A stretch of DNA of 64,000 nt from the human T2T-CHM13v2.0 reference genome, Homo sapiens. Below the pieces are notes generated by a model. It saw only the letters and a list, made by a program, of their open reading frames with translations, did no database searches and was not told the DNA's origin. Both the position numbers and the translations under genes were made by a program. Shown in pieces: positions 14,571 to 28,369 of this stretch (position 1 is its first letter; every line of letters starts with the position of its first letter). The stretch is from the NCBI RefSeq assembly GCF_009914755.1, contig NC_060925.1. The stretch is one strand, 5' to 3'.

Positions 14571-15148
14571 AAAAAAAATACTTTCCTAATGTCTCAGTTA
14601 ATTAGAGAGAGGATAGACAGGAGATTTTATGTCTAAATTGAGGTAAGAAATTGGTTAAAAATAATAACACAATATTCTTATGTAGTTGAGTATTTCTGAA
14701 TTTTACGTTTTCTATTCTGAAGAAACATTTGAATCCATAACCTGCTGAGAAAAGAGATTATGTTGAAGGGAAATAAATTGTTTCTAGGAAGTATATCAGT
14801 TAATTAAACTACTCATTCGATTTAAATAATATTATAATAATAACAAGATAGCTAGTATCAAACTGAGTAGAAACCTGTACAACTATCAGAATACCAAAAC
14901 AATGTTGTTAAAAAGCCCTTAAATATGAGGGAAAATTTATTCTTTAATTGTAAACAATCACTTTACCAGTCTCAAAAGACATAATTTTAATATCCAATAG
15001 ACATTTTGAGGGCATTATTTACTAGAAAACAAAAACTTTCACTGAGAACAAATGTAAATAGATAAATAATTTACTAATGTGCTTATCTCAGCAGACAAAT
15101 GCTAGCAGAGTTACACACAACGAATATTCTTATCTCCAAGCACTTTAG

Positions 15149-15300
15149 CAGTTTTCTCAATGGAGGTAATAAAAACATTTGCGTAAGAAAATATTTTATT
15201 ATATAGAAATATCCTGCACAGCATAAGACATTTAGTATCTGATTGACTTAAGGAAATTAATATTTGCTATCATTACAATCAGATACCTTGCCAAAAATAC
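15149..15300. mobile_element. MER20/MER20B-like hAT relic
   Basis: CAGTTTTCTCAA...ATCCTGCACAGCATAAGACATTTAG resembles a MER20 end. Confidence 0.5.
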
Positions 15301-16609
15301 ACTGGCAATTCTCTGCCTATTTTGTGTCCCACCCTTTTGATTTTTTTCCCCTCACAAAACTCATTGAAATCTTTGCTTCATCAGAGACAACTCAAACTCC
15401 CATTCTCTGATCTGTTTTTCCAACTGTGTGTTAATTTCAGTGTGTTAAGTTCTTACTCTACAGGGTTGAATCAGAATTGTTTTAGAGATAGGACTTATGT
15501 TAATAAGAAGCATAAAATTTATGAGTAGAATAGCAATTTTATGTAATATACGTAGCAGTTTGTGCCATTATTCAAAAACAGTCATTTGGATTCATCCATT
15601 CTAATTTCCAATATTATGATTTGAGTGAATTCCTAAAATTATATTCTACAAATTCTAGTTATAAAATATTACATCATGAAATATAATACTACTTAATGAA
15701 GCATAATACTACATCCTGAAACCGATTTATAGACACATCTATAAATCTTTAAAAACACCCACAAGAATTTTAAATAAACAAACATCCCAGAAGGTAGAAA
15801 ACTAAAATAGGATCACACCTGACAAATAACTTTTAATATTGACCTGAACATGATTCTTCGATTATACAATATAATAATTTTATCGTTTAACAATATATAA
15901 ATAAATCAAATGAGCATAAGTAAACCCCAGAATCAAAGTTAATCCTGTAATTCTAGCAATAATTCATTTAAAATGAAGTTATAATTAGGTTGATAGTTAA
16001 GTTTATATTCATTATGGCAGATTAAATTAAGAGTTAAATCTCTCCCCCACCCCTTTTTCACTACACCTTTAGTGTTCTCTGTTCCAAACTCACAATTAAT
16101 GTGATTTTTTTCCAATTTTAAAACTTTGGATTGGCAAATATATTTATAATTAGGTTAGTTATTTGCTATCATTCTGTTCTGAATCCTTGCTCTTCATGCC
16201 TAACAATAAATCTGCAGCCTTTGCTCAGCCTCTGCAGGAAAAGAAAAGCCTTTTTCTTAGCAACTCTCTTCCAGATCTTCCATTGGCACTAGACATTGTC
16301 TACTCAAAATAGTTCCTTCTTTATAAGAATTCTAGGTATCAGATGCATCTCAATTTTCTTCCAACTGTTAACAAAAAATCCCAGTTATTTTAGTGATTGA
16401 ATTGCAAGAAAAGGCAGATCAGGAATGTGCAAATTTAAACATTTTTGAAACTAGAACTTTCACAAGATTATCAGAGTAATTTTCTAAGTAGTTTCTTGTA
16501 CTATTTTATAATAAAAGAATTAAATGAGTTCATCAAAGTTGTTCGATATAAGGTTAATATATAAATACAAATCTTATGTAATCTTTTAAATAAGAATTTT
16601 TTTTAAATG

Positions 16610-16930
16610 ATCAGTTTGCCTAGTTGCAAACATCAGGTTAAACGTCAACAAGCTTGAACAGAAAGAAATTTAATAAAGGATATTAGGTGTGTCACAAAAT
16701 CTCTGAGAAGACCTCAAAACCAAGCATGCGTACTACACAGCCAGGAATAATAAAAACAAAACTTCATTGTCACAGTAGTGAATGCATGTCCAACCCTCCA
16801 CCAGAGCTGTCCCCAAAGAACCAGTTGCCTTCACTACTGCATTGTCAAAGTCCCCAGCATCAACTTACCTTACCAATGGCATATCTGACTAGCTGAACAT
16901 AGCTTTACTAAGTTTGAAAAAATGTCTACC
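16610..16930. mobile_element. Old MaLR LTR relic (MLT1N/O-like)
   Basis: GTTGCAAACA...AACAGAAAGAAATTTAATAAAGGATATTAGGTGTGTCACAAAATC. Confidence 0.45.
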
Positions 16931-16959
16931 TTTTTGTTTTCCCGAAGATTCAGAAGTAT

Positions 16960-17340
16960 TTTATTAATGTTTCAATAATATTATTGTTAATGTATAGTAT
17001 GCATAGAAAAAAGTATATAACTTATATTTTTACAGCTTGAAGACATCTTACAAAGTGAATATAACCACCTAAACATCACCTAATCAAGGAATATAATATC
17101 TCCATCATCCCTAAAGCCTCATTCTACCGTCTCCCTACTATATTTCTCTTACCCCAATTTGACTACTGCCTTAACTCCTAACTCCATAGTTTATTTTTGA
17201 TTGGTTTTGAACTTTATCTAAATGGAAACATTCACGATTCACTGTTTTCTTCTGGCTTTTTTTTCTCCCACTCAACATTGTTTTTAAGTTGCATCTAGTA
17301 TGTTGCACATGGCTGAAGACTATTCATTTTTATTGCTTCA
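16960..17340 (-). mobile_element. L1ME/MD-like 3' end
   Basis: TTTGAACTTTATCTAAATGGAA...CTGGCTTTTT..CACTCAACATTGTTTTTAAG...TTCATTTTTATTGCT. Confidence 0.7.
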
Positions 17341-18534
17341 TTATGGGATTGGGTCATAGATTATGCCTGCTACTCAGCAGCAATAGATACAGCAAAATAC
17401 AGATACAGCAAAATACAAAATACTGGAAAAGGTAGTGAGTTTTTTGTTTGTTTTGCGTTTTTACTTTTACTTCCAAAAGTTGTGATTCCTAGAGTGAGAA
17501 TTTATGAAGATATTGGAGGGGATATTCAAAGGACATTGAACAACCAGAAATAGCAAATATCCATTTGTAATTATTGCACTAATTCTTAATACAAATTAGT
17601 GAATTTTTATTTTAAGAATTAAAAATTATGCAAAGGTCATGCAGCATCTAATGATTTTTAACAATAAAGTTTCTACAACTGTGTAGAAAATACAAAATAA
17701 GGACACGCATAAACACAAAAGTGTATTTTTAAAATTTTTTCTGCAATAATGCAAAGAACTCATCATGACTAAAATGTTACCATTTAAGGCAAGATGAGAG
17801 AAGTAAGAAGACATTTGCAACTAATTATCTTTTTTAAATTTATTTTGTAAACACTCTCAATGATAAACCTACTCTGTCCACAGTCAATTGCATTTTAAAC
17901 ACGTGTTTATTAATATTCCAAAGAAAATGTTTTAAAATTTATTGTGTACATTTGAGTACTTTTTATATAAGATTTATACTCATATAAACTAATCTTTTTT
18001 ATCAGCAATGTTTATGCCAAAATTAAATAACTTTCATCTGAGAAAGACTTGAAATTCCAAGAGAAGTGATCTCAGTTTCCATAATAAATTCAATGATGTC
18101 TGCTAAAGATTCTCAGAAGCAGCTTCCCCTTTCTCTCTCAAGGAATTCTTAGTCAAGGAAAACATTAACATACTCAAGGCAATTTTAGTGAATTGAGGCA
18201 AATTTATGGCAAGTTTAAGAAGAGGAGATTGTAGCCTGAATGAAATTAGAAAATATAAACAGGTTTGATGTGTGATGAATATATCACCTCATGTATCACA
18301 GTTACACAGTGAAACCATCCGGACCCCTCTCTTTCTCAGGAAGTGTACCAATGCAGCTTTGGAATGTTTTTAAGGAAGGAATCTACAAGAGAAATAGTGT
18401 GATTATTTGGGAACGTGGCACAATATGCTTCCTTGCTTATGTTATTTTGCTTCATGAAGGAAGCAAGCAGAGAACCACACTTGAAAAAAATTTGCATGAC
18501 CAGATAGACCCAGTTCAGAGTTGGAGGTGTGCCA

Positions 18535-18718
18535 CACAGTACAGGCTTGAGAATCAGAAAGATGTGAATTCAGAATCCTTCTTCAGCTCACACTAATTCT
18601 AGAACTTTAAAAAAAGTTAACTTCTCTGAGTCTGTGTTTCATCAAAGATAATATGGCATGGAATTAACTCTGATATTATATGAAATTCATTTGGCATGGT
18701 GTGATTTCCAGTAAAAAC
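18535..18718 (+). mobile_element. MIR
   Basis: tRNA-derived head remnant and core AACTTCTCTGAGTCTGTGTTTCATC. Confidence 0.6.
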
Positions 18719-18719
18719 C

Positions 18720-19637
<918 letters not shown>

Positions 19638-19993
19638 TCAAATTGCTCTACTCTGAATAAAATAATTGTTAAATTCTGGATCATTTGTTCTATTTCTAAA
19701 TATAATTTATAGATATTTATTTAAAATAGTCATGACTTTTAATTGTTTTGGTTTAGTGCTTTATTATTATGGTGGCAATGGTGGTGAGGTGGTAGTCGTA
19801 TTTAAGTGCTGAATATCAGCATCACTTACAAATTGGACTTGAGTTTCATTATAAAATTGGACCAGACAATAGACTATAGTTACCATGAGGCAGAGAGTTA
19901 ATTTTTTTTTCTATTCACAATATTTATCAGATCTCTATCCCACTGCCTGGGAAAACAGCAGTTGTAAAATATCTGTTGAAAGTGTTGATGAAC

Positions 19994-20148
19994 CTAGCAC
20001 AACTATACTACAGTTTGTGAGAAAATCTGCAAAGAAATAATATTTCTGGATATTCCAAGTTATTCTTTTATCTAGCACAACTATACTACTGTTTGTGAGA
20101 AAATCTGCAAAGAAATAATATTTCTGGAAATTTCAAATTATTCTTTTA
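19994..20148. repeat. 78-bp tandem duplication of unique DNA
   Basis: CTAGCACAACTATACTAC... at 19994 and 20072; 4 mismatches. Confidence 0.95.
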
Positions 20149-21214
20149 GTCTTCCTTGAAAATGTTAAAGATAAATTTTTATTTCATTTGGCTGTTTCAT
20201 TTAAATACATATTATACTTTTAAAAATCACCATATGATAAAACGGTATTAATAGTTATAAATTAAAAGTAACCAAGTTATTGTTGTCTAAAGTAAAAGTA
20301 TTTGTTTTATGTAAATTCTTTCATATAATATTTAAAGTAATATTATGATCCAGTTTGTATTCTATCCCCATTTTAAATTGGTATGGTATTTAGGCAAATT
20401 TTTGCATTTACACCTGTAAGTTAAATTCAATTTCATGTTACTTCAAATTAACAACCTTCATCACATCACTGCAACATTTCTGAAAGTGCTTCTAAAACTA
20501 AATACTTTTGAAGCAATATATTTCAAATTTTTATATACTCATCAATAGCTATAAAATAAATATTACTGCTAAGACTGCATTATAATTTTTAATATAAAAA
20601 ATTCCTATAATCTGTAGGTCTGTTGGTGTTGATTTTTGTTACAATGTTTTTAATCAAAGAATAAATATCTACGTCATCAAAACAAAAATGTGTAACAGTT
20701 TAGTGGTTTCTAAATCCTAAGAAGATACATTCAATTGGTTTACATATGTGCAGTATTGATAAGTATTAAGGTACATAATTACTATTGTGACAAAAGTATA
20801 TAATATGATTTTCTTTTTACTAAGAAAATTTATCATATTTCTTCATTTTTCTTAAAAAAAAGCTCACCTTGACTTAAGTGGGACAAAGATTTTATATAGC
20901 ATAGGTACACTGGTGGCATTTTTAGGACAGCAGTATGACAAACCACCTATCAGAGAAGAGAATTCATTCTCAAGCCAGGAGACAAGTTGATTTTTCATAG
21001 GTATTTATAATAATAATAAGCAACTTGAATGAAAAACTGAAAAGGCAAATTTCTCTATCATGTTTTCTGATTATCTCCTGATTTAAAGAGATACTGTATA
21101 ATAATTTTATGTAATCTTTTTTTTACTTGTCAGACTTAATCATTCTGTCTCAGCTTACCTATCTTTAAAATGATGACTTTGATGTTATGTCCAATGGGTT
21201 CAAACAAATTACTA

Positions 21215-21285
21215 CTAGCAATAGTAGTGGAAGTAGTAGCAGCAGCAACACTAGCAGCAGTAGTAGCAAGAGCAGCATTACTTTA
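21215..21285. repeat. Degenerate (AGC/AGT)n triplet repeat
   Basis: AGTAGTAGCAGCAGCAACACTAGCAGCAGTAGTAGC. Confidence 0.8.
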
Positions 21286-21846
21286 GCAATGAGAAACAAA
21301 AAAAGAACACTTTACATTTAAGACTTATGAAAATGCAGTTAAAACATTTAAAAATAATTTTTGTGGCTTTGCATCATCATGGAGCATGGAGTTGGAGGAA
21401 GAGAAGGCCGCTCTTCACCTAGTTCCACATGCTAAAAATGTCTTATTTTAAAAACTGTGTTTCTTAATTAATGTGAAGTGGATTCATGGGACTTCCTTTG
21501 AACTTTTGTGAATATTCTACAGGTTCATTAGACTTTCAAGGAGCTATTAAAGTGCTGCATTTGAACTCAGGGTGTCTGGTGGCGGACTTCTTTCAAAGCA
21601 CCTGTGTGAAGCGACTACTCAGCTTCCCAGAGAAGTGAAACAAAACGGCACAGATTAAACAATCTGCTTATTATGAGCCAAAAAAAAATTACATCATCCT
21701 AAGGAGAAATACCGTTTTAATATTATTTGAGATTAATAATATTGTTGCACATTCTGATATTTTTTCTAAGCTGGAAACATTGCTATAATATCATAGTTCA
21801 AACTAATTATATGTGTGAAATATGCTTTAGTTTCTCTTTTTAAACA

Positions 21847-22007
21847 AGACTCATTGGGTCAAAAATTTAAAGTAAGAGACTGACTAGAGAATAAGCATTT
21901 TTAGTTTGAAAATATGACATTTTAGAAAATAATTATGGCGTGGCTAAAAGATGAGTAGTATTATGGCAAATCAGGTTAATAGTATTACAAGGACTTGCTC
22001 CTTGAAA
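21847..22007 (+). repeat. Dispersed ~160-bp duplication, copy 1 (probable donor)
   Basis: Matches 23444-23603 with 5 substitutions and 1 indel. Confidence 0.95.
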
Positions 22008-22045
22008 CTGCACTATTATTATGTACAAAAAATAAATAAAGGGGA

Positions 22046-22380
22046 GGCAGGTGTGGTGGCTCATGCCTGAAACACCAGCACTCTTGGGGACAGTGGGAGG
22101 ATCACTTGAGGCCAAGTGTTGAAGATCAGCCAGGGCAATATAATGGGACCCTGTCTCTACAAAATAAATAAATAAAAATTAGCTGGGTGTGGTGGTGCAT
22201 GACTGTAGACCCAGACACTCTGGAAGCTGAGGCCAGACGGCATGAGCCCAGGAGTTCAAGGCTTCAGTGAGCCATGACTGTCCCACTGCACTACAGCCTG
22301 GGTGACAGAATGAGATTCCATATTTAAATAATTATAACAAAATAATTTAAATTTAAATTTTCTCCAAAAGTTTAAAAATT
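22046..22380 (+). mobile_element. AluJ
   Basis: GGAGGATCACTTGAGGCC, GAGCCCAGGAGTTCAAGGCT; diverged; TSD TAAAGGGGA. Confidence 0.9.
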
Positions 22381-23375
22381 AAAGGGGAAAAGGGCATTCT
22401 TTTGCAAAGTGAATGTTCTTTCATTCTACAAAGTTGCCTTTGAGGAATTTAAACTAAGCTATAACTGTTATACACTTTAGCAAGAGAATACAAGTTTAGA
22501 TCACAACTGTATTGGTTCATAAAACAATCTTTGAGTCCTGATAAAATCATGGCATCAATTCCCTTTGAGAGAAATATTGTGAGTTATGTAGTCCAATTCA
22601 CCTCTATTTCTAGTTTCTTTTCTACTGCATGTCCAGGGATTTGTTACTTAACCGATGTTTTATGATTTTTAAAGTACACTACTTTACATCATAGCACAAT
22701 TTAGTTATGTTTTTAGAAAACAAAATTACGTAACAAAAATAAATGTTAATTTTGTATTAAATGCTCATAATATATTTTTGCAATCCAGTGGAAGGATCCT
22801 TTATTTAAGAATCTTGCATGTGTAAGTTTTGCCTGTTTGCATGCAAAAAGGGAGTATTTATATTTTCTAAGGTGAAGGGACTTATAAAATGGAAAGCATA
22901 AAAAGAAATGTATTTATTCTATAAATAATTATTTCTAGCAACTTGAAATATTGTAATAGATAAAGGCAAAGTTAAAACAAAATAAAAGATATATTCGTTC
23001 ATCCTAAGAGTGAATATGCTATTAATAGGATTAAATACCCACATAAGTGAAAATAACTGAAAAATACTATAGGCCATATGGGTCAAACAAGCAATTTATT
23101 AGTGAGATTTGGGGCCTGAATCAACAAAAATTCATCATGCACCCCAAATGTACTAGTATTAAATATAGTTATCTGCCTGAGTCCACACAATAAGCTTGCT
23201 AAATTGAGATCACTACTCATAAACCTAGAAGGTTAATGGCTACCTAGGAAATAACAGCTAATAACAGCACAAACATTATGATTCTAAGTCTTATGAAGTA
23301 ATGTAGAAAGTCTTATGAAATAGTGTAGAAAGTTTCACGAAAGTAATTCGTTTAACCTTAAACAGGACAGGATTA

Positions 23376-23377
<2 letters not shown>

Positions 23378-23437
<60 letters not shown>

Positions 23438-23443
23438 GTATAT
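23378..23443. repeat. Compound (TG)n(TA)n microsatellite
   Basis: About 21 TG units followed by a TA run. Confidence 0.97.
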
Positions 23444-23609
23444 AGACTCATTGGGTCAAAAATTTAAAGTAAGAGACTGACTAGAAACTAAGCATTTTTA
23501 GTTTGAAAATATGACATTTTAGAAAATAATTATGGCATGGCTAAAAGATGAGTAGTAGTATGGCAAATCAGGTAATTGTATTACAAGGACTTGCTCCTTG
23601 AAAAAAAAA
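23444..23609 (+). repeat. Dispersed ~160-bp duplication, copy 2 (inside a TA tract, ends in A9)
   Basis: Matches 21847-22007; TA repeats on both flanks. Confidence 0.95.
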
Positions 23610-23929
23610 TATATATGAGCATATTATTTTATTAAATAATGTAATAACTTACCAATAAGTTACCTAATCATTTATTAATTTAATCATAATATTACTGAAT
23701 CAGTACTAAAATGTGCTTCCACAGTTTGCTAAAATTGTGGTAAACTCTGATTCTGGAGATAAAGACATGAAGATTGTGATTCCTGCAGGGCAGGGGATTG
23801 TCTTGTCCATCTTCCTATACTCCAATTTCATCAGAGATAATCGTCATTGGGGATTTGCTGACTTACTGCCTGCACTCACTTTACTAAGGAAGGTGAAATT
23901 AATTTGAAAGCACCTACCTTTAGTAAGAT

Positions 23930-25600
23930 GTTATAGGAGAATTTTAAGTTATAGCGAAGTCAAAAGGAGAAAGTAATCATTTTACTTAAAGCATTCAGGA
24001 GAGGTAACAGAAGAGCTGAATATTGACGGATGAGTAGTTGCTGGCCAGTAAATAAAGACATTTTTGGAAATTAAGAATAACTCCAAAAAGACATGTAAGT
24101 TATGAGATATTTGTGCCTTGAAGAACTATAAATATTTCAAAAAGATTGAATTAGAGTTGTTAGAGGCAAAGCAAGAAAAGCCCTGGGTGCTTGGAGTATC
24201 CAGATCATGGAGGACTGGGCATAACACATTAAGAAGTTGAGAGTTCATCCTTAAGAAGCTGTATCTATTGAAGAGGTTGAAGCAATAGAGTGATATTCTC
24301 CATCTTGCTTCTTAGAAAGATTATTCTGGCAGTCATGGAGAGATAGTATAACAAATGCAAGTCAGTAGGCATTTTGGAGAATGTGATGTTAGATGAGAAA
24401 AGAGAAAAATGGGAGTTGGAACGAAAGCGTTAACTGTGGAGCTGAAAATGAACAAGTGAATCAAAGGTAAGAAAGAAAAGCACAAAATGTGGAACTCTTG
24501 AGAGTAGATATAAAAACAGAGTAATGATTAAAAGAGAGCTCCCAAGTTTATCTTCTGCTGACTCAATAGAGGAAAATGTCTTTAATTAGGAAAAGAAATA
24601 GAGGAATAGCAGAGAAATACCTATGAAACTTTTTAGTGGGGTTGTCCAGTAAGCAGTATGATATAGAGGACAAAACTTTTGAAGATTCTATGGGCTGAAG
24701 AAATAATCTTTAAAATCACCCACAAAGATAGAGCTTAAAATGATGACAGAGGACAAGTTCAAAAGTGCATTAGAATAGAGGGAGAGAATGGTATTAGGAA
24801 GGAATATAAGGTGTAGCAATACATAAGAAGCAAGCAAAGGAAGAATATGCAGTGAGTGAGACTGAAAATAAAAATGAGAGATAGTAGGAGATAAGGCAGA
24901 ATATTTTGTCATAGAAGCCAAGCAAGAGAATGACTTTAGGAGGATGATTTTAACATTTTTTGAGGCATCTGCTGACCAGCCATAGGCAATAGTTGATTAA
25001 GGCATCTGAAAGTGAAATTCTGTGTAAAGAGAATTCGTGAGATATTTTAGACTAGAATCCACTAACATCTCATCGATTTGTCAAACCCCTCTGAAATTAA
25101 ATGGGTCCCTTTCATCATCAATAAAGTAGAATAGAACAAGAAGAGGCTCCATTATTGCAAATGTCTAACTTATCATCTGATTAGGTAATTTGATTAGCAA
25201 TTTCTTAATAAAGTAAAAACAATAGGACATTATTAAATGGCAAAATGTGTTATGCGGAAATTTTTGTGGAAGCCCCAGGGCCTGGTAAGTCATTATCAGA
25301 TAAACTGAGTTTAACAAAAATAAGAAGTGTATACCATGATTACCTAGGTGATAGTGTTCAGTAAATTTATGGGGTCAGAAACCTGGTATTAGTGAGCAGA
25401 ATAATGAAAATGAGCTCATGAAATGGGCATATGGAATTTATGCTATATTTTCAAAAACCTAGGTAATGGAATAATGAAGATCAAGAGTAGTCCTGAGAGG
25501 CCAATGCAAATCTAAGTTAGATTTCTAGATGGATAAATCTTAAATATATTGCGACTGAAACAGAAGAAAACAGTGGAAAAGACATTGAAGCATAAGGAAA
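23930..25600 (-). mobile_element. L2 relic
   Basis: GA-rich antisense L2 signatures (CCAGATCATGGAGG..., TTAGAAAGATTATTCTGGCAG, GAAGCCAAGCAAGAGAATG); boundaries approximate. Confidence 0.7.
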
Positions 25601-26284
25601 ATTATTCTGAGTAAGATGAAGACTTAGATTCAAGTGGTAGTCAGAGCTCCCTTATTTTTATATTCATTGAAATGAGATAAGGTTCACCATATTCAAATGT
25701 GAAGTATGGAGAATTCCTCATTGATGCTTGAAACTACACATTTTTGCGTAGCTCACATCAAATAAACTTAAAGAATGATACCAAGTTTGACTTACAATTT
25801 GGCATCCTGAGATAGGATATTGTTACTGTAAAATAGTTGAGAAACACTTTGTAAGAATTCCACCAACAAAAAGATTTCACAGCTGAGGCTATGGGGTCAA
25901 ACAGCCAACGTGCAGGCAAATGCAAAAACATGACTTGAATTCCCTTATGCTATAGAGTGAGAAACACAAAATCAGTGGTCTTGAATGACCTAGGGTTTGC
26001 TCAGGAACTTCTCCAAGCGGTAACTGGACAGAGGAAAGTCTGGACAGTTTTATTCTTTAAAGAATAGGAGACTATAACTAAAAGAAAACTAGATTGTCAC
26101 GTAGTTTAGATCTGGTGGGCAAAGAAGTTTTAAAATAAGGTTGTGCACAGAAACGGTGTACAGCATAAAATTCTGCAGAATAAGAGAAAAATATGTAATA
26201 GAGATAAACTTTTCTAACATCTTTAAACTATCTGTGCCCTAAATTTTTTTTCTAAGATTACTTAAGACCTTACCAAGCAATTTT

Positions 26285-26822
26285 AAAAAGTATTAACCAA
26301 TCTCCTATCCAGAAACGATGGTGTTATTCTTGAATTTTACTTTAAAAAAGATGTTTGTTATTTTATGATCTAAATATATTCCCCTGCCACCCAAAGCCAG
26401 GACTTGGTATCTAGCAATTTTAATACAGAATCAACCTTATAAATAATCATTCTGTTTTTATTCTTAAATCCCTACAGTACACTGAGCATATAAACTAAGG
26501 AAATTTCCATGAGCATAATAAGGAGATTATTTATCTGCTTAAAATCTTTCAGTTATTCTGTGATGCTCTCAGGGTTAAAGCCCAAACTGCTTAAAATTGT
26601 TGAGAAATCCCTCCCTGATTTTGTCCCTGAATATCTTTGTAGCCTTATTCTTACTAACTGTGCTCTTCGAATTTTAACCTTTAACCATATATAAATCTCC
26701 TTATGGATCAGTAAGAAGCCATGCCCTTATCTCTCTTCATGCCTTTACACATTCTATTATTACTTCATGAGACACTCTCTTCATATTCTCAGTCTCCTAA
26801 GCTAGACTAATTTCTACTCTTT
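26285..26822 (+). mobile_element. L2 relic
   Basis: CTGCTTAAAATCTTTCAG...CTCAGGGTTAAAGCCCAAACTGCTTAA...ATGCCTTTACACAT. Confidence 0.7.
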
Positions 26823-26824
26823 AA

Positions 26825-27010
26825 AGGTAGTATGGAATTGTTTGAGAATGGAAGCTATTGGAGCAGTCAGATTCAGTTTCAATTTCTAGGTCTTCCATGT
26901 GCTGGATATAGGACCAATCTATGTTTTATTGTGAGGGTTAAAATATATTTTATTTGATAATGTAGCATAGTATCTACCACAAAGCAATTACTCAATAAGC
27001 TATTTTCTAG
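26825..27010 (+). mobile_element. MIR relic
   Basis: TTATTGTGAGGGTTAAA...TAGCATAGTATCTACCAC...CTCAATAAGCTATT. Confidence 0.55.
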
Positions 27011-28180
27011 TAGTAGTAAAACTATTCATACTAATTGTTTTTGTGAAATGTGATGATATTTATTGAAGTACAATAATGTATTACATGTTGACTTATGTTG
27101 TTTGAGTTTCTGGAGAACTTGAGGGAAATTATGTAGTTCAGTTTAACTTTTTTAAAAAAATAATTTAAATATTCACCAAGAGCCCTGTCCACACACTCTT
27201 TCATATAGTTTAAAACATGGGAAAGTAAAAAGAAAAAAACTCCATTAGCTATTATAAATCAATTTTTATTACTTCTATCAGTGCAAGATTGATATACTGC
27301 TTTCTGAAGTTGTATTTATCTCTACTGAGGAATGAACTGTTTGTGACTTTTAAAGTCATTGTCATCAGCATCAGTAAAGCACACAGCAACACTATTTGTT
27401 GAAATGAAAAATAGGAGAAATATTTTTCTTCTAAATTCGTTAATAATGTTATTTCTATTAAGCTATCCTTTCTGTAAAGCAGAATTTTTATATGGTAGCT
27501 TTCTCTTTCATTGGTTCTCCCAGGTGAACTATTCTAGTTATGAAAAGACAGAAATATGTTTGTGTGAAACATAATGACAGCTTATTTCACAGAGCAGAAA
27601 TAATGATGGGTCCAGACAGTCCAGTGCAGCTGGTCTAAATTACTACCCGAAAGCTGTCATTATTAAGTGATTAACAAATGGCTCACAGTTTGCCCACCAT
27701 TACCAATCAAGAGACTCTCGCTCAAGCCACATTCCTTTAGACAAAAATGAAAGGAATTTTTTAATGAACTCACATTAATTTCACCACAATAAAAGTTACG
27801 AATATGGAGGAGAGAGATTTTGCTCTAATGTTTGTGCAGTTGTTATTTATTATGCAAATATACATGAGTAAGATATAAGGAAATTCAAAATCTCCAATTC
27901 TGTTAATAGTTAACATGTACTTGTGTGTATACACACACGCACACAGAGAGAAAGAGACAGAGAAAGAGAGAGAAGAAAGCTAAATTAAAACACCAATTTA
28001 CTGATAAATAATTATCTTCTAAATTTCTTTTCAAAAATTCATTCATTCAAAGAGGCAAAACTCAACTAAATAAATTATCATATTTTACAATGTTTGAAAT
28101 AGTATTGAGAACAAGGAAATCTAAAATATCTAATATTCAAATATCGAGTTTATTAAACAAGTTTAATATTTATGTTTAAC

Positions 28181-28350
28181 CAGTCATTTTCCAAAAGAGG
28201 CATCAGTGCCCCCAAAGACACGTAAAAATTTCGGACATAAATTTGCTTGCAAAATAATGTGATAAACTACTGGCATTTAGGGGACAGAAGACCCAGATGC
28301 TAGACATCCTCTAATGCACAGAACAATTACACAACAAAGAATTGATCTGC
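28181..28350. mobile_element. MER20/MER20B-like hAT relic
   Basis: CTACTGGCATTTAGGG...GATGCTAGACATCCTCTAATGCACAGAACA...ACAACAAAGAATTGATCTG. Confidence 0.65.
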
Positions 28351-28369
28351 ATGATTTAGCAATGCTTTC

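Noticed and set aside
17386-17424. Short AGATACAGCAAAATAC duplication (similar ones at ~10353 and ~42609)
   Set aside because: Routine slippage micro-duplications.
18291-18596. 101-aa ORF
   Set aside because: No recognisable homology, runs into a MIR, no clear splice context.
23444-23609. Processed pseudogene, snRNA or snoRNA retrocopy
   Set aside because: No resemblance to an RNA gene I recognise, no clear TSD, and the donor is adjacent in cis.
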